Below are positions 53,297 through 63,072 of a DNA stretch of 64,000 nt, one piece after another. The notes beneath the pieces are model-generated. The model was not told the DNA's origin. It did not search any database and saw only the letters and a list, made by a program, of their open reading frames with translations. The stretch is from a virus. Made by a program: the position numbers and the translations under genes. Location of the stretch: positions 15,468-79,467 of IMG/VR virus record IMGVR_UViG_3300045988_123515, one strand, 5' to 3'. The stretch's first letter is position 1; each line of letters begins with the position of its first letter.

Positions 53297-53717
53297 AGTA
53301 ATTTTGATCGGACGGTTGATTAAAGATCCAGATGTCCGAATGGGAACAAACAATACTGCAATTGCTAGATACACGCTTGCAGTCGAAAGACAGTATCGTA
53401 AAAATAACGAACGCACATCAGACTTCATAAATTGCGTTGCACTTGGAAAGAATGGTGAGTTTGCCGAAAAATACTTGCACAAAGGCATGAAAATTGCAAT
53501 TGTCGGTTCATGGCAGACTGGAAATTACACTGACAAGGACGGTAAAAAAGTTTACACAAATGACTGCCTTGTTGCATCACAGGAATTTGCAGAAAGCAAA
53601 AAGAGCCAGTCAGAATCACAGCCACAGCAACAGCCACCGATTCCAAGCCCAGAGCAGGATGCAGATGGGTTTATGGAGATTCCGGCAATCATGGATGATG
53701 AATTTCCATTTAGTTAA
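53289..53717 (+). CDS. ssb: single-stranded DNA-binding protein
   Basis: MNKVILIGRLIKDPDVR...TSDFINCVALGKNGEF, Q/P-rich linker and acidic tail DDEFPFS. Confidence 0.85.
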   Translation: MNKVILIGRLIKDPDVRMGTNNTAIARYTLAVERQYRKNNERTSDFINCVALGKNGEFAEKYLHKGMKIAIVGSWQTGNYTDKDGKKVYTNDCLVASQEFAESKKSQSESQPQQQPPIPSPEQDADGFMEIPAIMDDEFPFS

Positions 53718-53720
53718 GGA

Positions 53721-55100
53721 GTGATGATGGAGAATCTAATTATAGACTGCTTTGCCGGAGGTGGCGGTGCATCCGTTGGAATCGAGATGGCACTCGGTAG
53801 ACAGGTAGACATAGCAATTAACCATGATCCAGACGCTATCTTAATGCACAAGACGAACCATCCGGGAACGCTGCATCTGACAGAAGATATTTTCAAAGTA
53901 GATTTGCAGAAATATGTCGGAAATCAGCACGTAGCGTTGATGTGGGCTTCCCCGGACTGCACAAGCCATTCAAAAGCGAAAGGCGGTCAGCCGAGGAAAC
54001 AGGGGCTTCGTATTCTTCCGTGGGCTGTATATAAGCACGCAAAAGCAATTCTGCCAGATGTAATTATTATGGAGAACGTGGAAGAAATACAACAATGGGG
54101 ACCATTAGACAAGAAAGGGCATCCGATCAAGGAAAAGGCTGGTGAAGATTATCGAAAATTCATTTCAGCAATGGAAAATATTGGCTATGAATTTGACAGT
54201 CGTGAACTGGTAGCTGCGGATTATGGAGCACCGACAACGAGAAAAAGATGGTATGCGGTATTTCGCAGAGACGGAAAGCAGATAGTGTGGCCAAAACCTA
54301 CGCATAATCGTTTTGGTACAGACGGTCTGAAGCCATATGAACAGTGTGGAGATTATATTGATTGGTCAGACTTAGGAAAGAGCATTTTTGACCGCCCAAA
54401 ACCACTGGCAGAAGCAACACAGAAACGTATCGCAAATGGAATCAAGAAATATATCATTGATAATCCAGATCCATACATTGTGAAGAACAAAGATGCATTG
54501 GCATTTATTATTCAGTACCACGGAGAAACCAGACAAGGTGATTCCAGAGGTCAATTGCTGACTGAGCCGATTAAGACCATTGATACTTCAAACAGATATG
54601 GGCTTGTGACTGCTTTTATCACAAAGTATTACAAGACGGGAATCGGTCAAGGATGTGACGAACCACTGCATACGATAACAACTTCTCCTGGTCACTTCGG
54701 AATAATATCTGCATTTCTAGTTAAGTATTACGGAACAGGATGCGGACAAGTACTTAACGAACCGCTTGGAACTATTACCACAAAAGACAGGTTCGGACTT
54801 GTGAATGTTCTGGTTGATATTCATGGAGAGAAATACATTATTTCAGATATTTTTCTTAGAATGTTAAAGCCGGAAGAATTAAAGGTAATGCAGGGATTCC
54901 CGAAAGATTACATCATTGATCGGGATTACAAATGGAGAAATTACCCGATTGCAAAACAAGTAGCAAGAATCGGAAACAGTGTGGTGCCGGTTATGGCAGA
55001 AGCACTTGTAAAAGCAAATTGTCCGTATCTGAAAGTTGGAGAACGCAAAGCTGCACCGATGATTTATATGCAAAATAACGGGCAGGTGGCATTTGGATAG
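53721..55100 (+). CDS. DNA (cytosine-5) methyltransferase
   Basis: DCFAGGGGAS (motif I), SPDCTSHS (PC motif IV), ENV (VI), QGFP and GNSV (X). Confidence 0.9.
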   Translation: MMMENLIIDCFAGGGGASVGIEMALGRQVDIAINHDPDAILMHKTNHPGTLHLTEDIFKVDLQKYVGNQHVALMWASPDCTSHSKAKGGQPRKQGLRILPWAVYKHAKAILPDVIIMENVEEIQQWGPLDKKGHPIKEKAGEDYRKFISAMENIGYEFDSRELVAADYGAPTTRKRWYAVFRRDGKQIVWPKPTHNRFGTDGLKPYEQCGDYIDWSDLGKSIFDRPKPLAEATQKRIANGIKKYIIDNPDPYIVKNKDALAFIIQYHGETRQGDSRGQLLTEPIKTIDTSNRYGLVTAFITKYYKTGIGQGCDEPLHTITTSPGHFGIISAFLVKYYGTGCGQVLNEPLGTITTKDRFGLVNVLVDIHGEKYIISDIFLRMLKPEELKVMQGFPKDYIIDRDYKWRNYPIAKQVARIGNSVVPVMAEALVKANCPYLKVGERKAAPMIYMQNNGQVAFG

Positions 55101-55116
55101 GAAGGAGTGATGCTAA

Positions 55117-55704
55117 AGGAACTACAAGGACATTCGGAAGAGAAAAGCAATCGAAGCCAATAACAAGAAAAGACTTCTGAAAGTCAATTCAAAACTCGAC
55201 GATGGAAGCGGTATCTACTTTCTGACCAGAGTTGACGAAAATGGAATTCCATTCTTTTATATCGGGCAGGCCGTACATATAATCCAGAGGATGTGTTCAC
55301 ACCTCACGGGTTATCAGCACATTGACCTGTCAATAAAGAAAAGAGGGTTCTGCAGTGAAGATAATCCTTTTGGATGGAAAATTAATTTCATTCATTATCC
55401 AATAGATCAGCTTGATAAAATGGAGCAGTTCTGGATTCTTGAATATACGAAAAAAGGTTATCAATGCAGATACAATAAGACATCTGGAAGTCAAGGCGAG
55501 GGGAAAGAAAAAATCAATGAATTTAAACCTGTCAAAGGCTATAGGGATGGAATCAGGCAAGGCAAAATAACCCTTGCAAGAGAATTAAAACACATCATTG
55601 ATACTCACTTAGATGTATCAATCAGACCAGACAAAGCAAATAATAAAGTTTCCATCAAGGCATTGGAAAAATTCAATAGCCTGCTGGACGAGGATAATTA
55701 TTAA
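55117..55704 (+). CDS. GIY-YIG nuclease with no canonical start in frame (frame break at an A4 run?)
   Basis: SGIYFLTRVDENGIPFFYIGQA is a GIY-YIG motif. The only nearby ATG (55110) is in the adjacent frame and stops at 55161. Confidence 0.55.
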   Translation, partial: RNYKDIRKRKAIEANNKKRLLKVNSKLDDGSGIYFLTRVDENGIPFFYIGQAVHIIQRMCSHLTGYQHIDLSIKKRGFCSEDNPFGWKINFIHYPIDQLDKMEQFWILEYTKKGYQCRYNKTSGSQGEGKEKINEFKPVKGYRDGIRQGKITLARELKHIIDTHLDVSIRPDKANNKVSIKALEKFNSLLDEDNY

Positions 55705-55811
55705 ATACTTCTGACTACCCCAACAATTCTGTTGGGAAAATTCCAAAACAAAATAAGGGAAAGGAGCTTGCCTTCATATGACGCAAGGGTGCACCGGGCT
55801 TCTTTTGAATC

Positions 55812-56102
55812 ATGAATTATACAAATGAAGAATTAAATAAAAATTCAATAGACACATTTAAACACCGAAGACATATGGAATGGAAGCAAAATCGTAAAGA
55901 TATTTATTATTTCATTCTGAAATACACGAAAACGCATAAAGGAACTCCTGATACCAGAACCATAGCAGATAAACTCGAACTTAGTATGACTTCCGTACAA
56001 AGACATCTGAGGCAGTTTGAGGATGATGGTTTAATTATATTTCATGGTTCCGGCTCTCACAGAATGTATGAACTGATTGGAGTTAAAAAGCGTGAAAAAT
56101 AA
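55812..56102 (+). CDS. winged-helix DNA-binding protein
   Basis: RTIADKLELSMTSVQRHLRQFEDDGLI. Confidence 0.5.
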   Translation: MNYTNEELNKNSIDTFKHRRHMEWKQNRKDIYYFILKYTKTHKGTPDTRTIADKLELSMTSVQRHLRQFEDDGLIIFHGSGSHRMYELIGVKKREK

Positions 56103-56152
56103 TAAAGATTGATTCTTTGTTACATAGGATAAGGAGGCTTCAAAAAACAGAC

Positions 56153-56545
56153 ATGAATAAAATGCGTGAATACGAAAGAGGCAGGGAAGATGGTCTTGAC
56201 CTGGCAAGGAGAATTGTCCGTGACGGTGGTCTTGAAGCATTGGAAAGAGAATGCGTATTTCGCAATGTAACAGGCATTCACACATCGCTTGCTTCAAAAG
56301 ATCTTGGCAAAGCGTCTGAAAAAATGAAAGAATTATTTGCAGATTCATTCATGATTTTGTCATTGGCAGTGCTACACGATGAATTTGGCTTTGGTGAAAA
56401 GCGTTGTCAGAGATTCCGAACCGGTCTTGATAGAGCAGCAGACTACATTAATGATGGGCTTGCCGAATGGGTTGATTATGTTCAAAGCATCAAGGATGAA
56501 TTAAACATTGAATTGGTTGAACCAGGTAAGAGATACGGATCATAA
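56153..56545 (+). CDS. hypothetical protein
   Basis: ORF 56117..56545 with an internal ATG downstream of AAGGAGG. Confidence 0.45.
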   Translation: MNKMREYERGREDGLDLARRIVRDGGLEALERECVFRNVTGIHTSLASKDLGKASEKMKELFADSFMILSLAVLHDEFGFGEKRCQRFRTGLDRAADYINDGLAEWVDYVQSIKDELNIELVEPGKRYGS

Positions 56546-56564
56546 AAATAGGAGATGTAATGAT

Positions 56565-56906
56565 ATGGCAGAAAATTGCAATGAATGCAGTATCGCATGG
56601 ATACGTGGAAGTGATTATGCTGAGATATCGGCATACAACGGAAGTACTTTAAAGAATCGAACACTTAAACTGAAAGAAGAAAACCCGGAAGATGTGAAGA
56701 TTCTAGCTACAAACAAAGATGGTTCCATATTTGCTCATGTTCCAATTAAGTATGTGAAATTACGAGCCCCGAGAAAACTGACGGAAGAGCAGAGAGAAAA
56801 ACTGATTGAACGTGGCAAGAATATATCGAGAAACAAAGCAATTGATTGTGAAGAAACGTCAGATTTAGATTCTGATGATGAAGATGAGGAAATGTTCACG
56901 TTTTAA
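56565..56906 (+). CDS. hypothetical protein with an acidic tail
   Basis: GGAG RBS before MAENCNEC. Confidence 0.45.
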   Translation: MAENCNECSIAWIRGSDYAEISAYNGSTLKNRTLKLKEENPEDVKILATNKDGSIFAHVPIKYVKLRAPRKLTEEQREKLIERGKNISRNKAIDCEETSDLDSDDEDEEMFTF

Positions 56907-56923
56907 AGAAAGGCGGTTTTAAG

Positions 56924-57151
56924 ATGAGTAAAGTAAAATCTTACGGATTAAAAGCGCATATATCCAATGCATTCGATTTACATGTTGGAAAAAGAATCAA
57001 ATACGTAGAACGTGGTGAATACGGGAAAGAACATATCTACGAAGTGAAAAAGATGTATCCACATTGTATCTCACTAGAAGATATTTACGATCACACAAGA
57101 ATTTGCCCTTGTTACAGTAAATTAAGTTTGATGTTAAGGGGGATTGAATAA
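56924..57151 (+). CDS. hypothetical protein
   Basis: 75-aa ORF. Confidence 0.45.
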   Translation: MSKVKSYGLKAHISNAFDLHVGKRIKYVERGEYGKEHIYEVKKMYPHCISLEDIYDHTRICPCYSKLSLMLRGIE

Positions 57152-57153
57152 AT

Positions 57154-58272
57154 ATGAAACAGGGAGTAAGTAAAGTGTTTTTAGATAGACCAGCTTATGC
57201 TGATTTTGATTCACCACATAAATTTAATGCAATCCAGAGTATTGTAGGTAAACATCTTAAAGAACATCCGAATGCGGTGTGTTCATATTCTGGCGGATCT
57301 GACAGCGATATTATGATTGATATTATCGAAAAAGCAAGGCATATATTCAATCTTCCGCCAGTAAAGTATGTGTTTTTTAATACAGGGCTTGAAATGAAAG
57401 CAACAAAAGACCATGTAAAAAGAACTTCTGAAAAATACGGAATAGAGATTGAGGAATGCAGGCCAGACATTAACATTGTGCAAGCTTCAAGAAAATACGG
57501 GATTCCGTTCGTGTCAAAGATTATGTCAGGAGGGTTATCTGACTGGCAAAGGAAAGAAATCCCACTATCTATCGCAGAGGAATATGATCAGGCAGAAGAC
57601 AAAGCGGCAAAGCGTCAGGAACTGAGAGAAAGATACCCAAAATGCGAAAGCGTAATTAATTTTATTTGCTGTTGTAATAAAGATGGGGAGCCAAGGCCAA
57701 ACATTCAGTTGGTTATTAATTCATCAAAATATATGCGTGATTTTATTGGAGAATACCCCCCCCAATTCAAGATAAGCGCAAAATGCTGCGATTATTGCAA
57801 GAAGCAAGTTGCACACAGGGTTCAAAAAAATTATGAAATGATAATCACCGGAGAGCGGCGTGACGAGGGTGGAATGAGATCAGTTCCAAGGAAAGATAAT
57901 ACATCATTATGTTTTACTGAAACAGCTTCAGGACAGTTCAGGCTTAGGCCGTTATATTATGTTTCCGATAAAGATAAAGCGTGGTACAAGGAACGCTATG
58001 GAATCAGATACTCAGATGCTTACGAAGTGTACGGATTGACTAGAACGGGTTGCTGCGGATGCCCCATCTCATACAAAGCAGTGGATGATTTGGAGCTGAT
58101 TAGGCCGTATGAGCCGAACGTAGTAAAAGCTGCGTGGAATATTTTCGGAAAGAGTTACGAATACCGAATGAAATATAACGAATACAAGAAGCAGAGAAGA
58201 GAACAAGAAAAAGCAAAGTCACTTGATGATACTGAAATCAAGGGACAGATGAATATTAATGACTTCATTTAA
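57154..58272 (+). CDS. PAPS-reductase-family (PP-loop ATP pyrophosphatase) protein with a C-terminal Cys cluster
   Basis: CSYSGGSDSD PP-loop, and GLTRTGCCGCP. Confidence 0.7.
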   Translation: MKQGVSKVFLDRPAYADFDSPHKFNAIQSIVGKHLKEHPNAVCSYSGGSDSDIMIDIIEKARHIFNLPPVKYVFFNTGLEMKATKDHVKRTSEKYGIEIEECRPDINIVQASRKYGIPFVSKIMSGGLSDWQRKEIPLSIAEEYDQAEDKAAKRQELRERYPKCESVINFICCCNKDGEPRPNIQLVINSSKYMRDFIGEYPPQFKISAKCCDYCKKQVAHRVQKNYEMIITGERRDEGGMRSVPRKDNTSLCFTETASGQFRLRPLYYVSDKDKAWYKERYGIRYSDAYEVYGLTRTGCCGCPISYKAVDDLELIRPYEPNVVKAAWNIFGKSYEYRMKYNEYKKQRREQEKAKSLDDTEIKGQMNINDFI

Positions 58273-58277
58273 AAATC

Positions 58278-58856
58278 ATGTACCAACTGTACAATAGTAT
58301 GTCAGTTGCTTACATGGGGAAAGTGAGGATGGAAATGGATTATAAGCACTGTAGATGTGAATGCGGTGGAATTATAGGACAATACAGTAAAGCGAAAGGA
58401 TTTACCTGTGAAAAATGCAATAAAGAGTATCAATTATCAGAGCTAAATTTTGATTGGATTGCATTGAACGAAAAGACCGGATGGCTATTTACCGATGTTG
58501 GAAAAGGAGGACACAAAATGAAATTATATTTCTACATTTTGTACAGTGACAGAAAAACAAAAAAATGGAATCTTCGCCTTGAAGAATGTGAAGTGATAGA
58601 AAAGCCGAAGACATACAAACCAGTAACTAAATTCCCTGACGGAATCTACGCTTCGTTTATAAAAAAAGAATCAATAGGCAATTTCATTAGCGAATACAGC
58701 AAAGTGGTTGTACTATATGCACCTAATTATGAAAAAGCAAAGGAAGTATTTTTTAAAAAATACGATAATGAATTAAATACGCTAAGAAAAAGCATTAATT
58801 TCTATGAGGAACTTAAATCTGCGATCGAAGATTACAAGGAGGACACGAAATGTTAA
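58278..58856 (+). CDS. zinc-ribbon protein, with a possible in-frame internal restart at 58518
   Basis: CRCECGG...CEKCN. A strong AAGGAGG lies before the in-frame MKLYFY. Confidence 0.45.
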   Translation: MYQLYNSMSVAYMGKVRMEMDYKHCRCECGGIIGQYSKAKGFTCEKCNKEYQLSELNFDWIALNEKTGWLFTDVGKGGHKMKLYFYILYSDRKTKKWNLRLEECEVIEKPKTYKPVTKFPDGIYASFIKKESIGNFISEYSKVVVLYAPNYEKAKEVFFKKYDNELNTLRKSINFYEELKSAIEDYKEDTKC

Positions 58857-59101
58857 TCAGAAGTCAGGATAAAACAGCACTGGTAAAGTTTGAAAACATT
58901 GTAGTCAATCTAAAACTCCCAGATTCATTGAATGTTATATGTTGGAGTTTGCAGGATGCACAGAGAAGTGGAGGCTATTTTGTTTTGGGAGAATATTCCA
59001 CAAAAGCAAAAGCCATGAAAGCACTGGATATGATTCAGGAAGCATATGTAAATGGACATATTGATTATCAGATGCCAGCGGATAGTGAGGTGGTTGTATG
59101 A
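58850..59101 (+). CDS. hypothetical protein
   Basis: 83-aa ORF overlapping its neighbours. Confidence 0.5.
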   Translation: MLIRSQDKTALVKFENIVVNLKLPDSLNVICWSLQDAQRSGGYFVLGEYSTKAKAMKALDMIQEAYVNGHIDYQMPADSEVVV

Positions 59102-59316
59102 AGTATAAATGCGTGAAAGCGTTCACGTTAGATACATACGATGGTGATGGATTTTACGTTGACGGATACATGGAAATTAAAGCAGGTGAAGTTTATGAAG
59201 TTGGAAATACAAAAATTATTGATGGAGAAATCCATCTTGACGGAGCAAATGTTAACAGATGGATTGAGATATCAAAAGAAACTTTAGAAAAGTATTTTGT
59301 AGAGGTGGAAGGATGA
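59098..59316 (+). CDS. hypothetical protein
   Basis: 72-aa ORF with an ATGA overlap. Confidence 0.5.
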   Translation: MKYKCVKAFTLDTYDGDGFYVDGYMEIKAGEVYEVGNTKIIDGEIHLDGANVNRWIEISKETLEKYFVEVEG

Positions 59317-59660
59317 GCGATAAACGTAAAATATACGATTACATAAAAAGAACAATAAATCCATACGGGAAACCTTTTGAAGGAACGGCTTACGAGTTGG
59401 GACTTAAAATCATGGATTATATCGAAAATATGGATGACGAGAAAGAAAATGGTTGGATTCCGGTCAGTGAGAGATTACCAGAGATCAAAATGGCTTATAG
59501 AAAATGTTTTTTGGTTACAAATGGAAGATTTTGTTGGATGGCATACTGGACATTTGAAAAAGAATGGATTCTTGCGGATTGCACAGATTGTAAAAATAAA
59601 ATTGATTGGACAGATATTGTAGCATGGCGACCACTTCCAAAACCATATAAGGAGGACTAA
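59313..59660 (+). CDS. DUF551-like protein
   Basis: GWIPVSERLPE...WRPLPKPY. Confidence 0.4.
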   Translation: MSDKRKIYDYIKRTINPYGKPFEGTAYELGLKIMDYIENMDDEKENGWIPVSERLPEIKMAYRKCFLVTNGRFCWMAYWTFEKEWILADCTDCKNKIDWTDIVAWRPLPKPYKED

Positions 59661-59819
59661 ATGGGAAGATGTAAATTAGAATGCCCGGACGGTGAAACAG
59701 AGTGCTGCATCTGCTGTGCTAAACAGGATTCCTGCCAGTGTAGATGTGATGATATGGACAGTTATGAATATGCGGAGGAATGCGAAAATTATATCGCAGA
59801 GGGAGAAAATAATGAATAA
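59661..59819 (+). CDS. small Cys-rich protein (52 aa, 10 Cys)
   Basis: AAGGAGG 5 nt before the ATG. Sequence MGRCKLECPDGETECCICCAKQDSCQCRCDD. Below the ORF-track cutoff. Confidence 0.5.
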   Translation: MGRCKLECPDGETECCICCAKQDSCQCRCDDMDSYEYAEECENYIAEGENNE

Positions 59820-59875
59820 ATATTTTGCATTAGTTTTAGGCATTGCAAATGCTGGATGCATTGTTGTGAATATAA

Positions 59876-60226
59876 TCAATCAGAAATGGATTATACTTTA
59901 TTTATAGTATTGTAAATTCAGAATCATGCAGACAAAACAATTATGAAATTGTTCCAGAAACGCTCTGCCAGTTCACGGGACTTTGCGATAAGAACGGGAA
60001 CAAGATTTGGGAGAATGATATCGTTAATCATAACGGAGAATATGCCCCGGTAAAATTTGGAATGTATTGTTCGAGTTTTGATTACGGAAACTATAATTTT
60101 GGATTTTATGTTGATTTTCCAGAAGAGACATTTTACCGAAAAGAACTGGGTTATTGGTGCAGAAAGGTTGAATCTGCCGGGAACATTTTCGACAATAAAG
60201 AATTATTACAGGGGGAAACACGATGA
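59876..60226 (+). pseudogene. YopX-family C-terminal fragment lacking an N-terminal half and start codon
   Basis: ETLCQFTGLCDKNGNKIWENDIV...GNIFDNKELL matches the YopX C-terminal pattern. The frame opens at 59876 and has no ATG/GTG/TTG before the internal M. Confidence 0.45.
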
Positions 60227-60951
60227 CGATGCAGAGAGATTTTATCTTTGGCGACTGTATGAAATTCCTTCCAAACTTCTCAGATAATTATTTTGATGTA
60301 GCAATTGTGGACCCGCCATATGGAATCAAGGAGCATGGTGGTAAAAACCGGAGCAAATATGTAAAGCAGAAAAATGGAAGTTCTATTTATGTTCCTGATG
60401 GCGGCTATAAGAATTATGGTTGGGATAATAAACCGCCAGATCGAGAGTATTTTAAACAGCTGTTCAGAGTATCAAAGAATCAGATTATCTGGGGATGTAA
60501 TTACTTTGACTACACAATGGCAGGTGGCTTGATAATCTGGGATAAATGCAATGATGGTTCAGATCAATCAGACGCAGAAGTCGCTTACTGCAGTCTTACA
60601 AGAAGGGTTGACATTTTTCGCTATATGTGGAGAGGAATGTTTCAAGGAAAATCAATAATTGAAGGAACAATACAGCAGGGCAACAAAAAACTGAATGAAA
60701 AGCGAATCCACCCAACTCAAAAGCCTGTAAATTTATATCGTTGGATATGTCATAAATATCTGCAGAAAGGAATGAAGATTCTTGATACCCATGTGGGGAG
60801 TGCAAGCTCACTGATTGCATATGAGGAATACGGTCTGGAATATGTTGGTTATGAAATCAATAAAGATTATTACGATTCAGCTCAAAAACGGTTGAACGAG
60901 TTCAGATCACAATTAACATTATTTGATTTAGGAATGGAGGTGACGGAATGA
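60223..60951 (+). CDS. DNA N6-adenine/N4-cytosine methyltransferase (DPPY type)
   Basis: VAIVDPPYG (motif IV), then HPTQKP and ILDTHVGSASS (motif I). Confidence 0.85.
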   Translation: MTMQRDFIFGDCMKFLPNFSDNYFDVAIVDPPYGIKEHGGKNRSKYVKQKNGSSIYVPDGGYKNYGWDNKPPDREYFKQLFRVSKNQIIWGCNYFDYTMAGGLIIWDKCNDGSDQSDAEVAYCSLTRRVDIFRYMWRGMFQGKSIIEGTIQQGNKKLNEKRIHPTQKPVNLYRWICHKYLQKGMKILDTHVGSASSLIAYEEYGLEYVGYEINKDYYDSAQKRLNEFRSQLTLFDLGMEVTE

Positions 60952-61229
60952 GTAAATCAGTATTAGCAATGGATACGCCAGAAGATTGTGAATCATGTGT
61001 TTTACACGGTGGAATATTCCATTCTTTTTGTAAAATAAATTGTAGATATATCGAAGACTTAAGCGCAAAGCCAGATTGGTGTCCGTTGAAACCACTGCCG
61101 GAGAAAATGAAATTAACAGGAGTGTACGGAAGAGAGTATTTTCAAAACAATGGGAAAATGCCTAGTTACAAGATTGGTTGGAACGATTGCATTGATGCGA
61201 TTACAGGAGGAGGGGATTCTGATGATTAA
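60948..61229 (+). CDS. hypothetical Cys-containing protein
   Basis: 93-aa ORF. Confidence 0.5.
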   Translation: MSKSVLAMDTPEDCESCVLHGGIFHSFCKINCRYIEDLSAKPDWCPLKPLPEKMKLTGVYGREYFQNNGKMPSYKIGWNDCIDAITGGGDSDD

Positions 61230-62007
61230 TTTAACTGGGAAAAGCGTGTTTGTAAAGACGCAGGAAGAATATTTGAGTGTTCTGAAAATGGCAAAGCTTC
61301 AGGGATTCACATGGGCAATAGAAAACCATTTAAACCCTATCGAAATTCCATTTCCAAACATATTGATTTTTCGCAACAGCAAGATCGTTACTTACAGAGA
61401 CGATGAAAAGGCATTGTATGAAGCATCTGAAATCATTGAAGATGAAGAAAAAATCAAGGAAGCAATAGCCCGCGTTAAGTATTTTGCGAATAACAAAAAC
61501 AGAATGTCATTAACAGATAAAGTTATTGAATCAATGTTATTACTTGCAGATACTATAGAAAGTCAGATGGAAGAGGTGAAGCAGATGGAGAGATTAACAG
61601 AAAGAATAAAAAGACTGCAAAAGGATGACTTGATTGTGTATACAAATGGGAAATATGAAGATACGATTCCAACAGAAATGACAAATGATGATATAAGGGC
61701 AGTATTGAAAAAACTTGCTGATTATGAAGACTTAGAAGAACAGGGGTTGCTTGTGAGGTTGACGTGTAAGGTTGGAGATACGGTTTATAGAGTGGATGCC
61801 GGAGCCAAGCAACCGATTATTCCGATGACTGTTTCAGAAATTCATTTTCTTTGTTACAAAAATGAACGTGCTGTAAGGTTTGACGCAATAGGCAAAGAAG
61901 ATATGGGAGAAAGTTGCTACCGTTTAGAAGATATTGGAAGAATAGTATTTCTCACCCACGAGGAAGCTGAGAAGAAGCTGGAGGAGTCACAAAATGACAA
62001 GACCTGA
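61222..62007 (+). CDS. hypothetical protein
   Basis: AGGAGGAGGGG RBS before MINLTGK. Confidence 0.5.
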   Translation: MINLTGKSVFVKTQEEYLSVLKMAKLQGFTWAIENHLNPIEIPFPNILIFRNSKIVTYRDDEKALYEASEIIEDEEKIKEAIARVKYFANNKNRMSLTDKVIESMLLLADTIESQMEEVKQMERLTERIKRLQKDDLIVYTNGKYEDTIPTEMTNDDIRAVLKKLADYEDLEEQGLLVRLTCKVGDTVYRVDAGAKQPIIPMTVSEIHFLCYKNERAVRFDAIGKEDMGESCYRLEDIGRIVFLTHEEAEKKLEESQNDKT

Positions 62008-62488
62008 GATTACAACAGAATTATCTGCCATGCTGGAAAAGAAAATAAATCCTCACAATGATCCACGTATTTATTGGGCTAAGGAAGTTACATTTGATTA
62101 TTCGACAGATCATGCCGTAAGAGTGGATTATATGCGGTTCGTGCCAGCAAATAACAGCGTGTCCGGGATAGAAAAAGGCGATTTCTATTGCTATGAAATT
62201 AAGTCGTCTGTTGAAGACTTCCGATCTGGACACGGGTTAAATTTCATTGGCGATTACAATTATCTGATTCTGCCAGAAATAGTATGTGCGACAATATCAC
62301 TGGTAATTCCACATGATGTAGGGATATATGTTCCAGAAGGTAATGAGCTTACATGCATCAAAAAGGCTAAGCGCAGGAACAGGACAAGGCCTGTGTCTGA
62401 AATGCTCTTGATGATGTTCCGGTCAGCGAATAGAGATTATAGAAAAGCAGTAAAACAGTTGGAGGGGGTAAGGAATGACAAAAGGTGA
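61994..62488 (+). CDS. PD-(D/E)XK nuclease-like (MmcB-like) protein
   Basis: RVDYM...FYCYEIKSS fits a D...E-x-K arrangement. Confidence 0.35.
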   Translation: MTRPEITTELSAMLEKKINPHNDPRIYWAKEVTFDYSTDHAVRVDYMRFVPANNSVSGIEKGDFYCYEIKSSVEDFRSGHGLNFIGDYNYLILPEIVCATISLVIPHDVGIYVPEGNELTCIKKAKRRNRTRPVSEMLLMMFRSANRDYRKAVKQLEGVRNDKR

Positions 62489-62648
62489 AAAAGAGTATAT
62501 CTATGATGAAATAGACAATGTTGCTGTATTACCATCCAGACCTATGAACTTGGAAGAACTAGAGGCATATGTCGAGGGCTATAAAGATGCAAGAAATGCG
62601 TTTCTTGATAAGTTTGAGGAATGCTATTTTAACGTAAAAACAGACTGA
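62475..62648 (+). CDS. hypothetical protein (57 aa)
   Basis: Hand-translated, with GGAGGGGG upstream. Confidence 0.4.
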   Translation: MTKGEKEYIYDEIDNVAVLPSRPMNLEELEAYVEGYKDARNAFLDKFEECYFNVKTD

Positions 62649-62658
62649 GAGGCGACTT

Positions 62659-63072
62659 ATGGAAGCAAACAAAACCTGCAGAACATGCAAAGACAATGAC
62701 AACGGCTTATGCGACCGCACAGGACAGCTGATTGACGATGATGATCATTGCGGTGTGCGTCACACTAGCTCAAAAGTAGAGATGCAAATAGTACACAATA
62801 TTGATAAAGAAATTATTATGAAAAGCATTCACCATTACAAACAAGACAATCAAAGCACCGTCTGCATGGAAGAATGTGCGGAACTGATCCAGGCAATTAG
62901 CAAGGCAAAGCGTGGAAAAATCGACAGAAACAACATGGAAGAGGAAATTGCAGACGTACTTATTTGCGTTGAAATGTTGAAGCTGATGTATATGATATCC
63001 GATGAGAAAATTAATAAGTGGATTGAGAAGAAACAGGCGAGAGAAGCAGAAAGGATGGAAAAGAATGAATAA
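62659..63072 (+). CDS. MazG-like nucleotide pyrophosphohydrolase
   Basis: MEECAELIQAISKAKRGK...MEEEIADVLICVEMLK. Confidence 0.5.
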   Translation: MEANKTCRTCKDNDNGLCDRTGQLIDDDDHCGVRHTSSKVEMQIVHNIDKEIIMKSIHHYKQDNQSTVCMEECAELIQAISKAKRGKIDRNNMEEEIADVLICVEMLKLMYMISDEKINKWIEKKQAREAERMEKNE

